DNA from: Octopus bimaculoides
Taxonomy: Eukaryota
DNA length: 64,000 nucleotides
Direction: 5' to 3'
Assembly: GCF_001194135.2 (NCBI RefSeq)
Contig: NC_068982.1
Coordinates: 168,889,057-168,953,056 of the forward strand
Below the pieces are notes generated by a model. That model was not told the origin of the DNA. It searched no databases and was given only the letters and a program-made list of their open reading frames with translations. Positions 10,931-25,021 of this stretch are shown here, in pieces. A program made the position numbers and the translations under genes. Positions within the stretch are counted from its first letter, which is position 1, and every line of letters begins with the position of its first letter.

Positions 10931-11504
10931 TAACAACTCAGTGTGTGTGGATAGAATCGATGAAGGTAACGGAAGAAGTATTCAGTACGAATCTTTATTT
11001 AGCACGACGTGCTGAATAAAGATAGCACTAAATCCACCTTCCGTCTTCTTTATCAATTATAAACAGAACAAACACTGCGGATTTCCTGAAGTAGATCCAG
11101 TGAAAATTATATCGTAACTGCAGATGACATCAAGCAGCCCAAAAGGTGAATGTACTTTCATCAACATACTAATAGGCATATATTCAAAGTCCAAGTAGTT
11201 ATATAAATAGATAAATATATATATATATATATACTTATATATGAGTGTGTGTATAGCGAGAGACGGGGTGGAGGAGAGAGAGACAGATAGAGAGTTGAAA
11301 GCAAATATTTTTATTACCAAAATATATTTTGCATACAAGATTTGTGATAAGACCAACTGTATCAATACCTACTGTTTAACCTAAATATTTAGTCACACCT
11401 TATGTCTAAACTGTATCTAATACCAATTTTTCCTCATCATAAAGGCACCCATTGTCCATATTTTTAAAGTGCTGAATAAATTTCATTTCAATATTTCGCT
11501 ACCA

Positions 11505-11945
11505 AAGGCGTCGAGCAAGTAGAAACGTTAGCACGCTGGGCGAAATGCTTAGCGATATTTCATCTGCCGCTATGTTCTGAGTTCAAGTTCTGCCGAGGCC
11601 GACTTTACCTTTTACCCTTTCGCTGATTAAGCGGTGTAAAGCGTATTTATTTTCCACTGGGGTCGATATAATCAACTCAATCCGTTTTTTTTTTTTGTCC
11701 TTGTTTGTCCCTCTATGTGTAGCCCCTTGTGAGCAGTAAAGAAATAAGAAACGTTAGCACGACAGCCGAAATGCTTAGCGGTATTTCATCCGTCCTTACG
11801 TTCTGAGTTCAAATTCCGCCGAGGTTGACTTTGCCTTTCATTCTTTCGGGGACGATAAATTAATAATACCTGTTGCCTACAGGGACGATCTAATCGACTG
11901 GTCCCCTTCACAAAGATTTCGGGCCTTGTGCCTAGAGTAGAATAA
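11505..11945 (+). mobile_element. Two SINE family B copies (tRNA-derived)
   Basis: AGAAACGTTAGCACG...GTTCTGAGTTCAAATTCCGCCGAGGTTGACTTTGCCTTTC. The second copy ends GGCCTTGTGCCTAGAGTAGAA. Confidence 0.8.
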
Positions 11946-11947
11946 AA

Positions 11948-12572
11948 TATTCGGATCTTTTTTAAAACGGGGGCCACATTTTTCATTAATGTTTTACGTA
12001 GTGTTTTTGGTACGGAAAGACTTTCAAACTTCGTATACTTATCTATTTTGTGTTATAGAACAGAAAAATNNNNNNNNNNNNNNNNNNNNNNNNNNNNNNN
12101 NNNNNNNNNNNNNNNNNNNNNNNNNNNNNNNNNNNNNNNNNNNNNNNNNNNNNNNNNNNNNNNNNNNNNNNNNNNNNNNNNNNNNNNNNNNNNNNNNNNN
12201 NNNNNNNNNNNNNNNNNNNNNNNNNNNNNNNNNNNNNNNNNNNNNNNNNNNNNNNNNNNNNNNNNNNNNNNNNNNNNNNNNNNNNNNNNNNNNNNNNNNN
12301 NNNNNNNNNNNNNNNNNNNNNNNNNNNNNNNNNNNNNNNNNNNNNNNNNNNNNNNNNNNNNNNNNNNNNNNNNNNNNNNNNNNNGACGTCAGTGATTGGT
12401 TGAAATTACAGAAATACGACAACTTTAACATGGAATAACTTAGGGATTTCTTTTTTTTTTAAGAAGACTAAGAGAAAAAGATGTTTTATATGACACATTC
12501 TACCAGTGTTCCAAGTTTCAAAGTGTTTCGTTAATGAAAAATGTGGCCCCCATTTTAAAAAAGATCCAAATA
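11948..12572. mobile_element. Non-autonomous DNA transposon (MITE) with ~42-bp TIRs; gap inside
   Basis: TATTCGGATCTTTTTTAAAACGGGGGCCACATTTTTCATTAA at 11948-11989 versus the reverse complement of 12531-12572 (2 mismatches). TA at both ends. Confidence 0.85.
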
Positions 12573-12584
12573 TTCCGCTACCAT

Positions 12585-12965
12585 TAAGGCGGGGAGCTGG
12601 CAGAAACGTTAGCACGCCGGACGAAATGCTTAGCGGTATTTCGTCTGCCGCTACGTTCTGACTTCAAATTCCGCCGAGGTTGACTTTGCCTTTCATCCTT
12701 TCGAGGTCGATAAATTAAGTACCAGGCGCGTACTGGAGTCGTTCTAATTGGCTGGCTCCCTCCCCAAAGATTTTGGGCCTTGTACCTAGAGTAGAAAAGA
12801 ATATTAAATACAGCCATATCGTTTGCACACCGACCAAAATGTTTAGCGGCATTTCGTCCGTCCCTTCGTTCTGAGTCGACTTTGCTTTTCATCCCTTCGA
12901 AGTCGATAAAATAAGAACCATTTGAACCCCCTCCCCAAAAATTGCTAACCCTGCGTCAAAATGTG
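12585..12965 (+). mobile_element. SINE family B, one near-complete and one degraded copy
   Basis: AAGGCGGGGAGCTGGCAGAAACGTTAGCACGCCGGACGAAATGCTTAGCGG... matching 57174-57384. Confidence 0.85.
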
Positions 12966-14664
12966 AAACCAATATTAAATAAAGTCATAGCTTTCCATCT
13001 ATTTTCTGTCATTCCAATGTCGTTGAAATAATTACCATCCATGTACTAGGATCAATTTGATAGATTTTTACCTATCCACAAAATTCGAAGTTTTTTTTTA
13101 CCTGTATATCAATTCAAGATTTCTACATCTGAGTGACATTGGAATTTACAAAAATGTTCTTTTTGTCTCTCATTGTTATGAATACAAGACTTGCTTTTTG
13201 GTCCTAATATGTTCCCTAAAGATGTAATTCCTTTGTTGTTCGTTATATATTTTTTCCCTGCTTGTTTTTTTTAGTTGAATTTTTTCTCCTTTTTTGTGGG
13301 GTGGATTTTGGTAATGCGTATGCTACATATATTCTACTTGTTATAAATCTATTTCCAATATCGATTTTACAAAAACTGATTCTCTGAATCAAATCTATGT
13401 AATATTAGTTTGTTTTACGCGTATCTACGTTCTTTTGTGAATATTGATGTGTAGGGGTATACATGTGTGTGTTTTAGTGTTTCGATCTCTCTCTCCTTCT
13501 CTCCCTCACCCATTCACTCATTCACCCTCTTACACACACACACACATTCTTGGTCTCTCATTCTCTATTTCTCTCTCTCTCTCTCTGTCATTATATATAT
13601 ATATATATTTATATTTATATTTATATAGACCTGCATAAATATATATATATATATATATANNNNNNNNNNNNNNNNNNNNNNNNNNNNNNNNNNNNNNNNN
13701 NNNNNNNNNNNNNNNNNNNNNNNNNNNNNNNNNNNNNNNNNNNNNNNNNNNNNNNNNNNNNNNNNNNNNNNNNNNNNNNNNNNNNNNNNNNNNNNNNNNN
13801 NNNNNNNNNNNNNNNNNNNNNNNNNNNNNNNNNNNNNNNNNNNNNNNNNNNNNNNNNNNNNNNNNNNNNNNNNNNNNNNNNNNNNNNNNNNNNNNNNNNN
13901 NNNNNNNNNNNNNNNNNNNNNNNNNNNNNNNNNNNNNNNNNNTATATATATATATATTATCATGTGCATACTCTCACACACTATTCGGTACATGCATACA
14001 AGCATGAACCCCCTCATGTACCTGATTAATAATAATTCTGTTGTAACAGCTATTCCTATAAGTACAGCTCGTTCTTTATTGATGTATTTATTTACTTATT
14101 GAAATGTTTATTTATTATTACTTTCGAGTATTAAGCAATAATAATAATGACATTGATCTCTGCAAGATGAAAGTTAGCTAAAGGCGTTCAAATATAACAT
14201 TAAAAAAATCAAACATTTCAAGTATTTCGCTGTAATTCTAGTACCGGATACAAAATGCATTAATAATCAACTAGTTTTATTTCATAAGCACCAATTCAAA
14301 TTGAAATTGATTGAATAAACGAGTAAGAAAAGGAGAAAGCGAAGTGATTCAACAGCCATTTTTGTTGTAGATTTTTAGCATTTGAAAATCTCGTCCGGTC
14401 TTTATTTATTGCGTGGATTTGCGCCGGATATTGAAGTGGAAAGAGCTGGAAACATATATGAAACAATATAAGAATATATCAATATATAAATATATGAACA
14501 TAATATAATGCAATAATCAGTTATAAACGCGTGTATATGTGTCATTGCGTGGCTAATATACTCATTCTAATGAATGGAGAAGAAAATAGATATGTGAATG
14601 GCTTGAGCAAGGAAACAGATAAATATTTACTGTAGTTGTTGTTACTATTTTTGTTGTTGTTGTT

Positions 14665-14840
14665 TAAACCCAGGTCAGCCTGAATTGATCTGACTGGCAA
14701 TTAAATGCGTTCAGACAGCGCATCCATGACTGAATCATCTTTGGTGTTCTTGATTTTTTTTTTTACGACAAGTGTCATTTGAAGGAAATATGGCTGTTGT
14801 TTCTAGGAGATCGATCGACCACTCACAGGTCCTCTCCTGC
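14665..14840 (+). repeat. Old interspersed repeat (also at ~21805-21970 and ~46155-46330)
   Basis: Shared CAGGTCAGC.(C)TGA... start and ...TGGCnGCTATTTCTnGCAGG-like 3' block in three places. Confidence 0.5.
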
Positions 14841-15086
14841 CTTAGCATATACAATGCAATGATATGTAGCATAGAGATAAGGAGAAACAGGGAGAGAGAG
14901 AAAGAAAGAAACAATAAAACAAGGAAAGGCTAAGGAGAGATAAACAGAATGATAAAATCAGACAGACAGACAGATAGATAATTAGACAGGAGTTTAGACA
15001 GATAGATAGATACATACATAGATACATATATTTACACACTCACACATACATACATATATATATTCACACATATATGCATACATACG

Positions 15087-15158
<72 letters not shown>

Positions 15159-15565
15159 TAAATCTTGTCTTTTTGTGAAAATTTTTAGTTTTTTTTAACA
15201 AGGTGCTGCGCAGATATGCGAAGCAAACGAACGTGGGATTAGATTATAAAAAATATCAATGATGGCTTATTACTCGTTTATCCATCACTAAAAGAGAAAT
15301 AGAACAAAAAGCAAAATTCAGTTGAATAAAATACGGTCTTAACAAAATAAGAGAAAACTTGTTAGACAGTAGACTGAATAACTAGATATTATATTATTAC
15401 CAAATGAGAGATAAAAACATGAAAAATAAAACATAAGAAAAGATTAAACAAAACATAAAAGCATTTCTTTTGTTTTTTTTATTGGAAATCGGAAATTACA
15501 TAATTGATAAATTTAAAATGATAAATTATCTAATTATTTTACACTTGATATTATTGGGTCTTTTT

Positions 15566-15652
<87 letters not shown>

Positions 15653-16007
15653 TACGATCTAAGCATGATCTCTTATTCTCTCTATCGCTACCATTCTTGC
15701 TACGTTTCATCTTTCATCCATTTTTTCTTTTCGTTCTCGTCCCCCTCTCTATTTCCAGCCTATTTCAGTCTTCCTTCTTTCTTTTCTTTCGTCCTTTCTT
15801 TCTTTCTTTCTTCCTTTATAGTATTTACTGTCTGTCTGTATTTTCTATTATATATATTTTATCTATATCTATTTATCACTCCTTCTTTTCTTCATTCCCT
15901 ATTTCCTTCTCTCTTTCCATAGAGAAACTGTCTGTGTTTTTAACTTTTTATCACACTCTCTCTCCCCACCCCTTTATATATATGTGTGTGCGTCCACACA
16001 CGTGTAT

Positions 16008-16088
<81 letters not shown>

Positions 16089-16149
16089 CATATGTATATA
16101 TTATATATATATATTATATACACATACATATCTATATATTATATATACA

Positions 16150-16190
<41 letters not shown>

Positions 16191-16391
16191 CACATTCGTA
16201 CACATATGTACGTGTACATACGTATACATGGATACCTACATACATATGTGTGTGTGTGTATGTATGTATGTATGTAAGTATGTTCAAATGTACATATATA
16301 TGTGTGTATTTCTCTTTCTCCCTATTTTCTTTCTCTTTCACACAATATGCGCATGTAAAACAGACATAAAAGCTGACATACACGCACGGAC

Positions 16392-16422
<31 letters not shown>

Positions 16423-16798
16423 AGCACACACACACCACACACAGATGTGTGTATACATGTGTGAGTGCGTATACGTGCGTGTGTGCGTGTGTGTTTTCTG
16501 TTTATATATCTACATACGGTACAGAGTCAGGCACTGAAGACGAATAATTATACGCACATACTTATGCACAGACAATCATACGCAGACGAGATAAGCCACA
16601 CACGAACTTGCTGAAAGACGCACTGATACAGAAGCGCGTTCTTATATTTTACAGTTATGTGTTTATGCCTTTACACACATACACATGCCTAAACACATAG
16701 ACACTTATAGACACACATATTCACAAATACAAAAAATTTTAATATAATGCACACACATGTACATACCGTATATTCGTATATATACTACATACAATATT

Positions 16799-16859
<61 letters not shown>

Positions 16860-17346
16860 ATATATACAGAGAGAGAGATATTATACCATATATATATTAT
16901 GTTTACTATAATATATATATATANNNNNNNNNNNNNNNNNNNNNNNNNNNNNNNNNNNNNNNNNNNNNNNNNNNNNNNNNNNNNNNNNNNNNNNNNNNNN
17001 NNNNNNNNNNNNNNNNNNNNNNNNNNNNNNNNNNNNNNNNNNNNNNNNNNNNNNNNNNNNNNNNNNNNNNNNNNNNNNNNNNNNNNNNNNNNNNNNNNNN
17101 NNNNNNNNNNNNNNNNNNNNNNNNNNNNNNNNNNNNNNNNNNNNNNNNNNNNNNNNNNNNNNNNNNNNNNNNNNNNNNNNNNNNNNNNNNNNNNNNNNNN
17201 NNNNNNNNNNNNNNNNNNNNNNNNNNNNNNNNNNNNNNNNNNNNNNNNNNNNNNNNNNNNNNNNNNNNNNNNNNNNNNNNNNNNNNNNNNNNNNNNNTAT
17301 ATATATATATATATTATACGTATTATATATATGTATTATAATATAT

Positions 17347-17420
17347 ATGGGAGAATTCACGAAAAAACAACAGACGAAGACAGGTGTTGTAAACAACAAA
17401 TGGATGTATTAGTATTCGTT
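17347..17420 (-). repeat. Fragment of the Penelope-associated terminal repeat
   Basis: GGGAGAATTCACGAAAAAACAACAGACGAAGACAGGTGTTGTAAACAACAAATGGATGTATTAG is nearly identical to 43931-44000 and is the reverse complement of ~5900-5960. Confidence 0.7.
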
Positions 17421-17582
17421 ATATAATACGTGTGTGCGTGTGTGTGTTCTGTATGGCCGTGTCTGTGTAGATATTCATACACAGGAACACAAACGAATTA
17501 TGTATTCATAGAAACATACACAATTATACAGACCTATAGTCATATGTGTAGGCATGTGGGTGTAGGCACATTGGAGTATCAC

Positions 17583-17613
<31 letters not shown>

Positions 17614-20600
17614 ACACGTACACGCACATTCACACTCACAAACACGCACACACAAGCATACACAAATACAAACCCACCCAAACAAACTCACACCACCCAA
17701 TCCCTTAATATCAATACGTATCTAACATCTTGCACAGAAAATTCAGTTAATTGATACAGTTAGCGCCTCTTTTTCAAACTATCTTTTTAAATTGGCAAAA
17801 AAAAAATCCATTTTATTTTCTGGAGAGGATACTTGTTTGTTATTAGATTTTTGTTGTCGTTGTTGTTGTTTTGCTTGGTTGTTCATTTGTTTCTTTAGCA
17901 TTTATTTATTTAGTTAGTTATTGTAAGCGATGATTACTGTTAAATATACGGCTGGAGTAAATTTTAACGGAGTACAATAAATTAGGAACTCGAAACTAAC
18001 TAAACAGAAGAAAACATTTTGATGGGTAGAAAACAGCAGAAAGTAAAGCGAAAACTGAAGAGTAAAATTTGTGGAACCAATTCCTCACCAAAATCCGACA
18101 GCGATGAAGTGAACAAGAGGGAAAGCCAAAACGTAGACCAATGTTTTGTCAGGAAAAACTATTCAAATAAAACAATGAAAACAGAGGCTAACATCATTTT
18201 GCGGCTGCCCCGTTGGTGCTAAATCCGAATATATCCATAAAACCGATGTGAAAATAGTTGAGAAGTGTTATAGACATCCACCGAACACGGCACAGGACAG
18301 TGGCTTGGCCACAAAGTGATACGGTCACAATCATTTAAGACATGCTTGATAAGAAGGTCAAGAGTTAGAACATTTCTGTACACATTCTTCTTGATACCGC
18401 GCGCGCACACACACACACACACACACAACTCATATAACCACACAATAAAATCATTCGCGTAGTAACATATACTCTAAGGTATTGCCACCAGACAATATAA
18501 CACACCCTAGCAAATACTGAATATAACGACTACCCAATAAATACCATAGCACATACTATTACATAATCGACACCCGATGCTATAAAACCAACCAACAGCC
18601 GACACTAAAACACATAACACAACTTACACAGCACGTATCTACGCAAACACCATCCAATAAAATGACACAACTCACATTGCGCATACTCTACGCAAAAAAA
18701 TAAGAAACGAAAAGTCCAACAACAAAGCCTAAGTACAACCCACACAAACATCAACCAGTAATATAACATTGCTCACACAACATATAATTAACCAAATAGT
18801 TGTTTCAACTGTATCACTACCCAATAATTGCCTCTAGCATGGACACAAGGCCTGGATTTGGCGTGAAAAGGACCTCAATACTTTACTAATGCTTCGTTTT
18901 ATCCACCCAGGATGGATGAAAGGCGAGATCTGAACACAGACCTTAAAGAGCTGGAATGCTGCAAAAAAAGGTATTTTTATTCCGAAGCTCCGAAGATTCT
19001 ATAAATCTGCCACAATCAATAATTCGCACTAAACACAATCAATAACTCGCGCCGTTCGTATTCTACATAATCACCACACGATACTATTATGCAACTCATA
19101 TGACATACACAAAACATGATTATTGCCCAACAAAATTATACAATTCACGTAAAATGTTTACACAACAAAGAGACGATACACTGAAGCAACATCAGAAACA
19201 CGACACAGGCCCAAGAACAAAGCAAAGCAAATATATTATGCAAACATCATCTTACACTCCCAAAAAGCAATATTGCAAATATTTCATGAACATTGAGTTG
19301 CAGCTGGTGATGCAGTAGAATATCACATGAAACTGTTAAAACACTATAACTAGAATATATTAATTAGTTGATACGACCGGCACCTTTTCCTTGAAATTTA
19401 CTTCTTATGATACGGCACACAAATCTACATTTACTGTATAACCACAAATGTGTTTTATTATATTACAATAAAACTAGATACAATTAATATGTAAGTGACA
19501 GGTATCTGACAGAAACTAATCCAATAATCAAGAATTCGGATAACACAACAGCGGAAATAAAACAAGCGAAACAGTCATTTTGATTATCCAAAATAAAATA
19601 GATTTCTTGAAATTTGTTTGCTGAGTTCGTTTGTGGAGTTGGTGTCTGTGTGTGTTTGATGAATTCACAGTTAAATGGTTGACAAATAAGCCAAACGTTA
19701 GGGAAAAAATTGTGCTATCATAATACAACTTCTATACATGTCTAGAGTTACTCGAACGAAATTTTTCTGAATAAGGGAATGTACATGATTGAGAAAGATA
19801 ATTCTTTCAAAAAGTATTTTATATTTAAAACATTAATTAAATATTATAATCTAGCTCTAAACTAATATATAAATTAATATTTTAACTTCAATATTGTGCT
19901 ACACTAATGCAGATCAGACTACCCAAACGGAAAGGAAAACTGGGAAATATCCAAAATGTTATATCTTTAATGAAAATTATCTGAAGAATTTAATTAGGTT
20001 TAGCATAATTTTTACGACGTAAATACACTAGTAATTTATCAATAATCAATTAAAATATTACTCAGATGAGGAAGTCAACTAATATATCCAATAATTTTAT
20101 TAATCAGGTCGATAAATGTAAATGCAGACAAGTAAACAGTCATCGTGTAATCATTAGGAATATTAAAACATCAAATAAATCAAAATAATTATCCAAAGTC
20201 ATCAAACAATCGATTAATGTGTAAACCATCAAACAAATTATGTTGGATCACAAAACAGGAAAAACATTTAAACATGATTTTAAGACTTCAAGCTTTCTTA
20301 TAAATTGTCAGACATCAAAATCTTGGACAAACAATTATTAAGCAATGAACCAAATAGTACTGAACCCTTCTAAGAAAGAAATAAAAATTTGTCCTTGCAA
20401 TCTAATCAATCAATCAAACAATTAAGCAAATCATAACGTAAACAGAAAACAATCAATCACTTGCTACAACTAGCCAGCAATTTTAAACAATCAAACAATT
20501 ACCAAAAAAATCTATCACTTAATTAACTGCCACACCATTATGCACGCAATCAGTTACTCAGACACTTATATACTCAGACCATATATTTAACAGCCATTAA

Positions 20601-22961
20601 ACAATTAACCAGTTAATCAAACTGTTATTAAGATTTACATCGAACCCATAATGCAATCACTTAACTAAACTCAGTATCAGTGACGAATCTATCAAACAAC
20701 TAATCGAAGTGTTATTAATTAGTTGTATTATAATGTCAGTAATATAATTACCGTACCTTGGAGTTCTTTGCTCCGGAACGGTTTTAATTTTTAAAACTTC
20801 TTTGTTTTCTTTCCAGGCACTTCTAAAGTGAGGCTAATGTTCCATATAGGCTAATCTTTTTGCTCCAAATGGGTGCCTCTACATTTGTTTTATGGAACAT
20901 GCTGAAGTTACATAAGAGGAAGTTATGAGTGAAATTATCCCTAAAAAGGACGAGGAATCTATTATGATCAAATTGTAATTTCTTGCGTTAATGTTATACA
21001 ATATTCTTTAAACAACTATTTTGAGTAACGCTATATAACAAAGGATGGCGTTTTACGAATGAGTATACAGATAGGTTGTCCGATCGGTTAAAATGTTTGA
21101 GAATCACTATTGTAAGTTGTACGCAATTGCAAGAGTATATATATTATGAAATCAAAAGAGAAGAATTAAACATTTTTCATTGAATTATATACCTGGGTCT
21201 ACAAGCTCATGGTAGTATGTGAAAAAGTATAGATATAAGCCTTGATAAAAGTAATGCATAGAAAGATACTCATACCGCAAAATATTCTAACATCCTGAAA
21301 AATAATATAGAATCCTTAAAAAACTATGGATAGCCTGTGCTAGCAGAAGAAATGACCGCTTCTAAAATGTGCAAACTATGACAAATTTGTATGATGTTTT
21401 GAGCTAGGTTTTTCTTTGAATAAATTAGTAGCTTTTTGGAAGGCTGTAAATAAAGTTGAAGTGTGTAAGAAAAAATTAGAGATTGCGATCAACGACTTAA
21501 GTGATGAAGGTTTGTGGCGAAGAATGTGAACTTAGAGAGTTGACTTATTGCTTATACAGGTATTTGCACACGGAAGTTGGCAAAGAGTTAAAATATTAAG
21601 AGACACATGCAATTAACATGAATAGAGGGTATAACCACTGGCATACAACTATATCAAAATATCCGCACTTATCGTATACATCTGTTCATATACATTTATA
21701 TCACTACTCATATCAGTGAAGCATGAACACAATAAGTATTATAGGTTAGATAATAAGGAAGAAGTGGGAATATCAGGGATAACATGGTAATTTGTTTTTG
21801 CAGTAGTTTAGCTCCAGGTCAGCTGTGATCGAAAAAACCAATAATGAAAGACGTTCTAGCTATGATTTTCTTGTTTTATTTATACATAGTGAGTTTTTTT
21901 TTTTATTTCATACGTAGAATCACATTATCAAATGTGTTCTTTTACAGTAAGAGATTTGGTGTCGTTGTATATCATTAAAAGAAACAACACGGAAACTTAT
22001 GTGCGTACACGCACACCAGCTGGAATATAAGAATAAACATCTAAAAAGAAAGAGGCTTAAGCGTAGAAAGAAAAGGGAGAGATAATTATGAGAAGAAAAA
22101 GCCTTCGGAGGTGTCAGTAAGAGAAGTACTGAGAGGGAAGATTACATTCCTCTCTTTGTATTTGTGGAGGCGAGAGTATCAAAGTAATAAGGCAACAACT
22201 TAAACTGAGAGCTGATCTGTAGTAATGCTAGGCTATTTGAAATGTTTCCAAACAAAATATTCAAAATATTTTACAAATGTTATTATCCTAATATTTTTAA
22301 GTTTATATGCCCTCAAGAATCCAGACTCCAATGAGCACTTGATTGTCGCCGCCACTGGAGAAAAATTGCATATCGCATCATCGTACGCATTAAGTACATT
22401 AAATTTTAAAGGAAATGTTGATTTACAACATGCCAATGTTGACAGGGTCGGGGATTACCTCTGCGTTTAGAGATTAAGCAGAAAACATAAACGAGGCAAT
22501 AGCGCCGAATAGAGACAGTTCTCTGAACAAATCAAAACAATCGAAAGCAAATTAATCTTTTTCCATTTAAATAATGCTGTCAAACCATATTTTCGATAAT
22601 TCTATCAGATTATTAATATATTACAGTTTACGTTTGAGTGGCCACTTCCTGAACAGGTATGAAAACTCTTTCGTAAGTGTTTGAGAATTATGCTTTGGTT
22701 ATACAAAACACAGTTACTTTGGCTGTAAATGTACTTCCTCCGATGAAATCATTCTTCTATCAATATTAGAAACAGTTTAGCTGATAGAGCATTCAGAGGA
22801 ACACACTGCTAAAAATAATATCAAAATCAATGTAGTGGATATAATGTAGAGATTGGAGAACCGGTTTCTAACTTCGAGTTTCACATATCCAAACTAAAAT
22901 CACACAACGATTGAGTTGTCTCTCCTTCCATTTCGCTTGCAAAGAAAGTTGATAATTTTTT

Positions 22962-23163
22962 TTACTATAGGCATAAGACCTGAAATTTTAATGGAGGGGA
23001 CAAATCGATTACATTGACCCCAGTGACCAACTGGTACTTATTTTATCTATCCCGAAAGAATGAAAGACAAAATTGACCTCGGCAGAAATTGAACTTGGGG
23101 CGTAAAGACGGACGAAATATCGCTAAGCATTTTGTCCAGCGTACTAACAATTCTACCAGCTCG
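22962..23163 (-). mobile_element. SINE family B copy
   Basis: Reverse complement aligns along the full family B body. Confidence 0.75.
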
Positions 23164-24280
23164 ATTAAGCAAACTCAGAAAAGGTGGTAGAACTAAAGCC
23201 TATTCCCCTTGATCGCGTAAGAATAAAATCAATGTTAAAGAGATTAAGTGGTAGTAAGTTAGCAGCTGAGATAAAGACTTCGTGTGTTTGGTCACAATTT
23301 TCTATGATCTAATTCCAAATTCCATTATCGTCAATTATATTTTTCGTATCTACAAAAAATATCAATCATGTAATATAGGATATTTCAATTACGACTCGAA
23401 CATTATATTTACTGAACAAAAAGCAAATAAATACTGAACACTTTATTGCATTTTTCCGAACCTGGTTCTCACTTTGGTTTCCATACTTTTAGATAATTCA
23501 CCCACACACTCATATCATCTCCTTTCCGACTTCCCTTCCGCTATAAAATCAGAGGCCATATACTCCACCAAAATAAAAAGAATGTTATCTCCACCAAAAT
23601 AAAAAGAAAATCAGTATTTAAGTACGTTTTGAAACCTTCAAACTTCACAAAATTAAAAACGAACAACTGTTTACTCGAAAATAATGAAATGAGAAGGTCA
23701 AATACTGTTGTTAAATACCACAGCTGATATAAATAACTAAAATAGCTTGATAATCGAATGTCAAACATCTATAGGACATAAAACGTTGAGAGGATGAATC
23801 ATTGAACATCCTAAGTTCTTAAAGCATTCGAAAATCCTAAATCTCATAATCTCAAATGTTATCCTTATATATTTAGCAAACGATATCTAGAAGATTAATG
23901 CACATTTCTTTTTCTTGTTTGATTGTTTGTTTGTATGTTCGTGTGTGTTGTTTTCAATTTCTTCGTTTCACATCTGCCTTTTGTTTTGTTTTTCTATTCG
24001 ACCCAAACGATAGTATAAATTTTGACTGACTGAACAGAGCGTAGTGCTTTTTTTTTTGCTTTTTTTTTATACCAGCAGTACACCGAGTCCTTGGTGAGAA
24101 AATTACATTTGCAAGTGGTCCAACTCACTGAACACTGAATATATAAAATAAGCAAAAAGTAAACATAAGACCACTGATCTAAGCAGGAAAGTGTTGTGCA
24201 ATTGATGTATATAAATATAAGTATACATTATTCAGACTCTTACATAACTATATATACGTGTCTATGTATGTATGCATGTA

Positions 24281-24545
24281 GTCGCAAGCGTGACTGCTTG
24301 GTAAGAAATTTGCATCCGAACCACATGGTTCCGGGTTCAGTCTCATTACTATAACCTTGTCTTCTGAGTGGACTTGGAAGACGGAAACTGAAAGTGTGTG
24401 TGATTTGTGTGTGCGTGTGATGTGTGTGTGTGTGTGTCTGTCTGTCTATTTATCCCCACCATTGCTTGATAACCAGTGTTGGTTTGTTTACGTTCCCATA
24501 ACCGAGCGGTTCGGCAAAGCTCACCGATAGTATAAGTACCATTTC
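24281..24545 (+). mobile_element. SINE family A copy with internal deletions
   Basis: CCACATGGTTCCGGGTTCAGTC head, GAAACTGAAAG and GCGGTTCGGCAAAG blocks. Confidence 0.7.
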
Positions 24546-24630
24546 TAGTCCGAGGATTGCAGCCAGGCTGGAGCACCGCCATTTACTTTGCTACATTTTC
24601 ACTAAATCTCCTCTGATACGTGACATTTGG

Positions 24631-24771
24631 AAGGCGACGAGCTGGCAGAAACGTTAGCACGCTGGACGAAATGCTTACCAGTATTTCGTCTGCCGCTACA
24701 TTCTGAGTTCAAATTCCTCCGAGGTCGACTTTGCCTTTCATCCTTTCGGGGTCGATAAATTAAGTACCAGT
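24631..24771 (+). mobile_element. SINE family B, 3'-truncated
   Basis: AAGGCGACGAGCTGGCAGAAACGTTAGCACG...GGTCGATAAATTAAGTACCAG. Confidence 0.85.
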
Positions 24772-25021
24772 AGCGCAGTACTTGAAATTTTTTGCATTGA
24801 ACTGCATATTATTTTGCTCTGCCCACTTGTATATTGCATTTAGGTCATTCTGCAGGCTTATGATATCATCAGGATTCTTTATTGCCTGAGATAGTTTTGT
24901 GTCATCAGCGTAGCTAGTAACAGTGGCTCTCCGAGTGACCGTAGGCATGTCCAGAAGGGCCACTATGAACAGTAGTGGCCCCAGGACATTTCCTTGCGGA
25001 ACACCGCTCAATATTTGCGTT
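24772..25021 (-). mobile_element. CR1/L2-group LINE reverse transcriptase fragment
   Basis: SGVPQGNVLGPLLFIV...YADDTKL...LQNDLNAIYKWAEQNNMQFN contains the GVPQG and YADD RT motifs. Confidence 0.92.

Noticed and set aside
18219-18290. HIGFMDIFGF peptide resembling the myosin/kinesin switch II motif
   Set aside because: The conserved Glu is missing, the frame stops shortly after, and there are no splice sites or other motor-domain motifs.
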